This document shows positions 47,655 to 53,127 of a stretch of DNA of 53,127 bases, one piece after another. The notes beneath the pieces are model-generated. The model had not been told where the DNA came from. It searched no databases and worked only from the letters and a program-made list of their open reading frames with translations. The stretch comes from an uncultured Methanosarcinales archaeon. Its GTDB lineage: Archaea; Nanobdellota; Nanobdellia; Woesearchaeales; JASKKU01. The DNA lies in assembly GCA_964416905.1 (NCBI GenBank), contig CAYQFL010000001.1, forward strand, positions 39,520 through 92,646. Reading direction: 5' to 3'. Made by a program: the position numbers and the translations under genes. Position 1 is the stretch's first letter. Every line of letters starts with the position of its first letter.

Positions 47655-48323
47655 ATGAAAGCCTTAAAAACATCATTTAATGGAAATCCTAATGTAGGTT
47701 CATTGTTATTTGTTAACAACAAATTTGGTATAATCTCTCCGAGATACTTCAAGAAGTATAAACGGGATTTAGAAGAAACCTTCAGTGTACCTTTTTATTC
47801 ATTAACCATTTCTGGCACAGATCTTTTAGGCATATTTATTGCAGGAAATGACGATTTTATGATAATCCCTGAAATTGCGTTCAAAGAAGAAATTGAAATG
47901 CTAAAGGAAATCTGCAAAAAACACGAAACAGGGATAATAATTAGCAATGACAAGGCTACTGCGTTAGGGAACCTAATATTAATGAACAAGAACTCAATAA
48001 TACTCTCGCAAGAGGTTAACGAAAAAACTGTCAAACAAATACTAGAAAAAACTAAACTAAAAGGAGTCCATTTAAGCCAAGACCTTTTAATCGGTTCTCT
48101 TGCCAGAATAAATAATCAAAAAGGTATTGTTAGTCCTTTAATTGATGAGGAACAAACAAGTTTAATCCAAGAAACTTTAAAGATTGAAACCGTTCAAATG
48201 ACTACAAACTTCGGTAACAATTTCATAAGTTCAGGTATTGCATTAAATGATTCTGGCTATATTGTTGGTAACTTGTGTTCCCCTGTTGAATTGTACGAGA
48301 TTGACCAATTCTTAAGAGAATGA
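47655..48323 (+). CDS. eif6: Translation initiation factor 6 (aIF6)
   Basis: FNGNPNVG, TISGTDLLGIF, TALGNLIL, LIGSLA..NNQKGIVSP, TTNFG..FISSGIALND; position before pfdA. Confidence 0.9.
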   Translation: MKALKTSFNGNPNVGSLLFVNNKFGIISPRYFKKYKRDLEETFSVPFYSLTISGTDLLGIFIAGNDDFMIIPEIAFKEEIEMLKEICKKHETGIIISNDKATALGNLILMNKNSIILSQEVNEKTVKQILEKTKLKGVHLSQDLLIGSLARINNQKGIVSPLIDEEQTSLIQETLKIETVQMTTNFGNNFISSGIALNDSGYIVGNLCSPVELYEIDQFLRE

Positions 48324-48697
48324 AAAACGAAACAAATGCAAAAGAGGAGTATTATTTCAATCTTATTAATCAACTTCAAGAAGAATATAATCAAGTTGTA
48401 GATAGCTTAAACGAAGTGAATTATTCAATTTATTGTCTTGAAGAGTTACAAAACGTAAAAGACGAAAAAGAGGTCTTATTCCCTGTTTTAAACGGCATAT
48501 TGATTGAAGGAAAGATTAACAAAATCAACTCTGTAAAAATGAATGTTGGTGCAGGAGTAATTGTAACAAAAAGTGTTGAAGAAGCAATAGATTTCTTAAA
48601 AGAGAAACAAAAAAAGTTAATAGCTGGTGCAGAAGAAATCAAAACTCAAATTGATGCAATTATTCCGTTAATTGAAAATCAAAGCAATCGTGATTAA
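48320..48697 (+). CDS. pfdA: Prefoldin alpha subunit
   Basis: Coiled coils flanking EVLFPV...VKMNVGAGVIVTKS. Confidence 0.9.
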   Translation: MKNETNAKEEYYFNLINQLQEEYNQVVDSLNEVNYSIYCLEELQNVKDEKEVLFPVLNGILIEGKINKINSVKMNVGAGVIVTKSVEEAIDFLKEKQKKLIAGAEEIKTQIDAIIPLIENQSNRD

Positions 48698-48699
48698 AA

Positions 48700-49797
48700 A
48701 TGTTCAAGTTATTCAAAAAAAAGATTAAGGATAGCCTAAAAGCTTTCTCAAAGAAAGTTGAGGAAGAAGCAGAGCCTGTTAACGAACCAGAGTTAACAGA
48801 AGAAACAAAAGAGGAAAGCACAAAATCCAAAGGATTAAATGTTGAGCAAGAAGAAAGTGTTGAAGAGATTGAAGAAACTGAGCAAAAAGAAAGTTCTGAT
48901 AAACAAAAAGATGAACGTAAAAAAGGTTTCTTCTCAAAGATAAAAGAAGGTTTCCAAAAAACAAAAATTAGTGAAGATAAGTTTGAAGACCTTTTCTTTG
49001 ACCTGGAATTAGTGCTCTTAGAGAACAATGTAGCTTTAGAAGTGGTTGAAAAAATAAAAGAGGAACTTAAGGATAAAATAGTTAATAAACCTATTGAAAG
49101 GAGAAAGTTAAGCCAGACTATAGAGGACACTTTAAAGAATGCAATTGATGAAGTTCTAAGTTTTGAACCAATAAATTTAATTGAAAAGATTAAGAATTCT
49201 GAAAAGCCTTTCAAAATAGCTTTTTTCGGAATCAACGGTTCAGGTAAAACTACTACCATCGCTAAAGTTGCAGCCTTGTTAAAAAAGAATAACTTATCAT
49301 GTATACTTGCAGCTTCAGATACGTTCAGAGCTGCTGCTATAGACCAGTTAGAAGAACATGCCAAAAACCTTAACATAAAACTTATCAAACACCAATATGG
49401 CTCAGACCCAACAGCTGTAGCTTTTGACGCAGTCAATTATGCTAAATCAAAAAACATAGACGTCGTACTAATAGACACGGCAGGAAGGTTACATTCAAAC
49501 AAGAACCTTATGGATGAATTAAAGAAACTAAAAAGAGTAATTAAACCTGATTTAAACATATTTGTCGGCGAAAGCATAACTGGTAACGATTGTATCGAAC
49601 AGGTTAAAAAATTCGATGAAGAAATTGGTATAGATGCAATTATTTTAACAAAGAGCGATGTTGATGAAAAAGGCGGTACAGCCATCTCAGTATCTTACAT
49701 AACGGGTAAACCAATTCTGTTCCTAGGCACAGGCCAAGGTTATTCTGATCTAAAAGAATTTAACAAGCAAGAAATTCTTGAGAGTTTATGGGCTTAA
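48700..49797 (+). CDS. ftsY: Signal recognition particle receptor FtsY
   Basis: Acidic N-region, GINGSGKTTT, DTFRAAA, DTAGR, TKSD, GTGQGY. Confidence 0.97.
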   Translation: MFKLFKKKIKDSLKAFSKKVEEEAEPVNEPELTEETKEESTKSKGLNVEQEESVEEIEETEQKESSDKQKDERKKGFFSKIKEGFQKTKISEDKFEDLFFDLELVLLENNVALEVVEKIKEELKDKIVNKPIERRKLSQTIEDTLKNAIDEVLSFEPINLIEKIKNSEKPFKIAFFGINGSGKTTTIAKVAALLKKNNLSCILAASDTFRAAAIDQLEEHAKNLNIKLIKHQYGSDPTAVAFDAVNYAKSKNIDVVLIDTAGRLHSNKNLMDELKKLKRVIKPDLNIFVGESITGNDCIEQVKKFDEEIGIDAIILTKSDVDEKGGTAISVSYITGKPILFLGTGQGYSDLKEFNKQEILESLWA

Positions 49798-50318
49798 GGT
49801 TTTAGATGAGTTGCATGAAAACCTTTCATAAACAATGTAAATTTATTAGAGTTGTAGTTTAATCGAATGTCTCCTTGTTCAATCAATTTGTGTATCAATC
49901 CTAAGTTATCTACATCTTGAATTATATTAACCAAAGTCTTGCCTTTCAGATAGATTACTAAATCAGGATCATCAAAAGTCGCTTCTTCACCAACCTTAAA
50001 AAAATTGGAAGTGAAAGTAGCGTAAAAAACCTGATTAGAATCAAAAATCACAAGCTTAACTTTAGCAGGTTGCAAATCAAAAAGATTACTGTGTAATTTA
50101 TAGAACTTTAAACCCTTAAAAAAATACTCTATGTGCTCTAATTCAAAATAAGGGATTCCTTCTTCAACTTTGATTGGAGGCAGATCAAGATAATCGGGCT
50201 GAGCTTGCTGATGTATTGAGAATCCTGCAACTAAAATAAATAAAATAAAAATCGATAAAACCGACAACAAAAAAACCTGCAAAATTGGGCTTTTAGTTTT
50301 ATGTTTCTTAGATGGCAT
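49794..50318 (-). CDS. Membrane-anchored hypothetical protein, possible SCP2-like fold
   Basis: N-terminal TM, then ...FKVGEEATFDDPDLVIYL...LIEQGDIRL pattern reminiscent of SCP2. Confidence 0.55.
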   Translation of the reverse strand: MPSKKHKTKSPILQVFLLSVLSIFILFILVAGFSIHQQAQPDYLDLPPIKVEEGIPYFELEHIEYFFKGLKFYKLHSNLFDLQPAKVKLVIFDSNQVFYATFTSNFFKVGEEATFDDPDLVIYLKGKTLVNIIQDVDNLGLIHKLIEQGDIRLNYNSNKFTLFMKGFHATHLKP

Positions 50319-50505
50319 TTGACTTTACTTTGAAAGGAAGTAGCCCTTTCTCAAATTCCATTTTTGCAATCTTTGCTGGGTCATAATTTATCTTTTTCAA
50401 ATCTTCTTCTGAAAGTTTTATCAACATTGGTGCGCCCATTGAGAGCTGCAAGGTTCTAGCACCTAGAATTCTTGCAACTTCAAATCGTGTATACTTTCTT
50501 TTCAT
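50308..50505 (-). CDS. rpo6: RNA polymerase subunit Rpo6 (K)
   Basis: YTRFEVARILGARTLQLSMGAP, AKMEFEKGLLPF. Confidence 0.96.
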   Translation of the reverse strand: MKRKYTRFEVARILGARTLQLSMGAPMLIKLSEEDLKKINYDPAKIAKMEFEKGLLPFKVKSNAI

Positions 50506-51290
50506 TGGGTCACCCCCTTAGCAATCTTAAGCAATTCCTCAAACTTTTCTTTTGAAAGAACCAGCATCTTTTCAATATCTTCTTTCTTCAATGGATAATC
50601 TCCGCCTTTTTGTATGGCACAGATTTTTCCGTCATCTCTTCTAGTTAAAGTTAGCCTTGCCTCTGCCAACTCAAACTCTTCAACAATTGGGTCAATGAAA
50701 AGATATTTATCTATCTTAAATACTGTCGTCGGAAGAACTATGTGCTTAATTGGCAACTTCTCATCAGTCAACTCATGATAATCAACCTTGTCATCAACAA
50801 CTTTTGGGAATCTTGCATTCATTAAAGCCAGCATAGCTGCAAATCCTGCTACATCAATCAGGTTACCATCATCATTAATAACAACAATGTCAACGCTAAC
50901 ATTCCAAACTGCTTCACCTTCTTTAATACAAAGCTTCTCAAAATCTAATGCTGGAGCTTCCCTTAAACCTCTATCAACAACTCTTGAAAACTCAACAGCG
51001 TCAATATCTGGAGGACCAGGCATATACTCTTCAGAAGCTAAAGGCGATAGAGACACTTCAACCATCAGGTTACCTTTATTAGGTGTATCGGGATATGGTT
51101 GATCTATCGAAAGCTTAACTCCTGCAATTACATGAGTACCTCCAAACTTTACAGATGCTGAGCCTTCAGCAGTTTTTACCACATTAAGTTCATACTCAAT
51201 ATTTCTATAATCAGTCAATCCTCGACCATCATAACGAAGATTATTTTCAAAATACCTTAAAATATGATGTGCCTCATCATTTCCTCTCAT
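50502..51290 (-). CDS. rrp42: Exosome subunit Rrp42
   Basis: RYDGRGLTDYR, AEGSASV, EFSRVVDRGLRE, DDGNLID. Confidence 0.96.
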   Translation of the reverse strand: MRGNDEAHHILRYFENNLRYDGRGLTDYRNIEYELNVVKTAEGSASVKFGGTHVIAGVKLSIDQPYPDTPNKGNLMVEVSLSPLASEEYMPGPPDIDAVEFSRVVDRGLREAPALDFEKLCIKEGEAVWNVSVDIVVINDDGNLIDVAGFAAMLALMNARFPKVVDDKVDYHELTDEKLPIKHIVLPTTVFKIDKYLFIDPIVEEFELAEARLTLTRRDDGKICAIQKGGDYPLKKEDIEKMLVLSKEKFEELLKIAKGVTQ

Positions 51291-51999
51291 TGGAATCACC
51301 TACCTTCTTAAATTTCTCAAGTAAAGCCTGTTTTTGGACTTCATAAACCTTTAAAGCAGCATCTCTTGCAAGATCCACTAACTTAATCAAATTCTCGTCA
51401 TCAATAATTCCGTCCATCTGAAGAAGAGATACTTCACCGGTATTATGTATAAAAGCGAAAGGTATATCTGAAACCTCTCCTTCAAAAGCTTCCTCTTCAT
51501 ATCTTAAATCTACAAGCAACTTGTCATCAACTTTGCCTACAGCTACAGCACTCACTAAATCTTTCATAGGGATACCCGCATCCGCTAAGGCTAAGGCCGC
51601 TGCAGTAATGCCTGCACACCTGGATCCTGCATCAGTTTGCGGCAATTCTATAAATACATCCACAACCGAATTAGGAAAATGATCTAAAAGTACTACAGGC
51701 AATAATGCCTTTTCAGTTACCATTGAAATCTCTTTAGACCTTCTATTGCCTCCAGGTCTTATCCTTTCTCCAACACCTGAGAAGGGCAACATATTATAAT
51801 TACATCTCAAAACTCCTTTCTTAGGATTTTGCTTAAATCTTGGAACTAACTCTCTTGGACCGTAAACTGCTGCATAAGCAACAGTGTCGCCCATTCTAAA
51901 ATAAGCACTACCATCAGCTTTTTCAATCACGCCTACTTTGGCTTCCATAGGCCTAAGGTCTAAAAGGCCTCGTCCATCAACTCTTTTATCAAAACTCAT
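51277..51999 (-). CDS. rrp41: Exosome subunit Rrp41
   Basis: RVDGR, ADGSA, YGPRE, RRSKEIS, DAGSRCA, LLQMDG. Confidence 0.96.
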   Translation of the reverse strand: MSFDKRVDGRGLLDLRPMEAKVGVIEKADGSAYFRMGDTVAYAAVYGPRELVPRFKQNPKKGVLRCNYNMLPFSGVGERIRPGGNRRSKEISMVTEKALLPVVLLDHFPNSVVDVFIELPQTDAGSRCAGITAAALALADAGIPMKDLVSAVAVGKVDDKLLVDLRYEEEAFEGEVSDIPFAFIHNTGEVSLLQMDGIIDDENLIKLVDLARDAALKVYEVQKQALLEKFKKVGDSNERK

Positions 52000-52003
52000 A
52001 TGA

Positions 52004-52702
52004 TCACCCCAATTTTTGACCTGTTTCTTTCTCTAAGAATTCTTTAACTCTGTCCGTTAAACCAGAGGTATGAGCTTCCTCATCTATCTTTTTTATGACT
52101 TTTGTCAACAAAAGCTCCTGGTTAGGTTTACCATCAATCCAGATGTAACCGTTCTTTCCAACATAAATTTTACACTGAGTAGCTTTCTTAAGCATAGTAA
52201 TCATTGACGCATTCTTACCAATTATCCTGGGCACTTTCACAGGAGGAAATTTAATTATTCTTCCACCAACAAGTTTTGTTAAACCTTTGTCCCTAAGAGT
52301 TAAATCAATCAACATCTGAGATGTAACTCTTGAAATCTTTGCAAAAAGAACATCCCCGATATCAAAATACTTTGTCAAGTCTTCCCCTCGCTTAATAAAC
52401 TCATTAACCGCATCCTTTATAGGCAGAACAGCACTATAAGCTCCCCCCAAATCAACTCTCCATCCAGAAACCAAGATATCACTCACGACACCAACAACTG
52501 TGTCTCCTTCTCTTGGCACATACGATCCACTTAATGGGATCACTTTTATAACTCGTTTATTTATTTCAACAAGTCCTAATCTTTTAGAATAGACCTTGTC
52601 ATCTTCTCGATATGCATCCCCAGTTGGCACAAAATCCATGCCTTCAGCAAGAAGCTGTCCTGGGATAACAATTTCTTTGTCTTTGACTTTTACTACACCC
52701 AT
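52004..52702 (-). CDS. rrp4: Exosome cap subunit Rrp4
   Basis: VIPGQLL, YVPREGDTVVG (S1), KVPRIIGK (KH), GKNGYIW, HTSGLTD. Confidence 0.96.
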   Translation of the reverse strand: MGVVKVKDKEIVIPGQLLAEGMDFVPTGDAYREDDKVYSKRLGLVEINKRVIKVIPLSGSYVPREGDTVVGVVSDILVSGWRVDLGGAYSAVLPIKDAVNEFIKRGEDLTKYFDIGDVLFAKISRVTSQMLIDLTLRDKGLTKLVGGRIIKFPPVKVPRIIGKNASMITMLKKATQCKIYVGKNGYIWIDGKPNQELLLTKVIKKIDEEAHTSGLTDRVKEFLEKETGQKLG

Positions 52703-52739
52703 ATATTCACCTCTCTAAAATATAAACATAAAACCTAAA

Positions 52740-53126
52740 TCACTTTGACTCAAGAATTTTGACATCAACAGAACCATGAGTCAAATTATTCAACTTATCA
52801 ATCACATCGTTGACTCGTCCAGCAGGAATAGTCATATTGCAAATGAAAGACCCGTCAGACAACCATTCCTCTTTGCCAAGCTCGCCTAATTCTTTCAAAA
52901 CACCATAAACCTTAGCTGCATATGTTGAAGGTAGAGAAACTTGCAACACCTTTTTCTCAAACCTCAAAGGCATGATTATCTTAATCTTATTCACAACCTC
53001 GTTCAAGAGCGCATCTACTTTTTTAGTTAAATCTAGATGGATTTTAGCTTCTTTTATGGCTGCCTCAATTCTAGCAGGCGGTATTGGCAAACCTGTCCTT
53101 GGATCTATTGCATTCGTATGGATCAA
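52740..53126 (-). CDS. sbds: Ribosome maturation factor SBDS, 5'-truncated by the window edge
   Basis: NAIDPRTGLPIPPARIEAA, MPLRFE, EEWLSDGS, THGSVD; position before rrp4. Confidence 0.93.
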   Translation of the reverse strand: MIHTNAIDPRTGLPIPPARIEAAIKEAKIHLDLTKKVDALLNEVVNKIKIIMPLRFEKKVLQVSLPSTYAAKVYGVLKELGELGKEEWLSDGSFICNMTIPAGRVNDVIDKLNNLTHGSVDVKILESK

Positions 53127-53127
53127 A

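Noticed and set aside
48660-49436. 258-aa antisense ORF opposite ftsY
   Set aside because: Fully shadowed by a conserved gene, no recognisable motifs; typical antisense artefact.
1-53127. Alternative genetic code
   Set aside because: TAA, TGA and TAG all end conserved genes at expected lengths.

Overview
AT-rich, compact archaeal chromosomal segment. Divergent but complete archaeal information-processing genes, TATA-type promoters, GGTGA/GGAGG RBSs, large glycosylated surface proteins and little metabolism point to a DPANN lineage (Nanoarchaeota/Woesearchaeales-like; inferred). About 46 CDSs, including an S27ae gene missed by the ORF track and two edge-truncated genes, plus 6 tRNAs. No CRISPR array, rRNA or mobile element was seen. 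Main points of interest: (1) two giant cadherin/Ig-like membrane proteins next to a MoxR-DUF58-vWA (Bat-like) module, linked by a helical domain present both as the cytoplasmic tail of the first protein and as a free gene; (2) an APC permease fused to a class I SAM-methyltransferase domain; (3) a pair of bacterial-type NrdR boxes on the archaeal TATA promoter of nrdJ; (4) a Hel308 helicase lacking its whole RecA1 motor domain, near two other apparent pseudoenzymes; (5) tRNA-Ser(GCT) with a 23-nt T-loop (59/60) intron in a strict BHB motif; (6) a membrane-anchored wHTH regulator divergent from secreted proteins, with candidate operators. Family assignments come from motif recognition and memory; no database searches were run.
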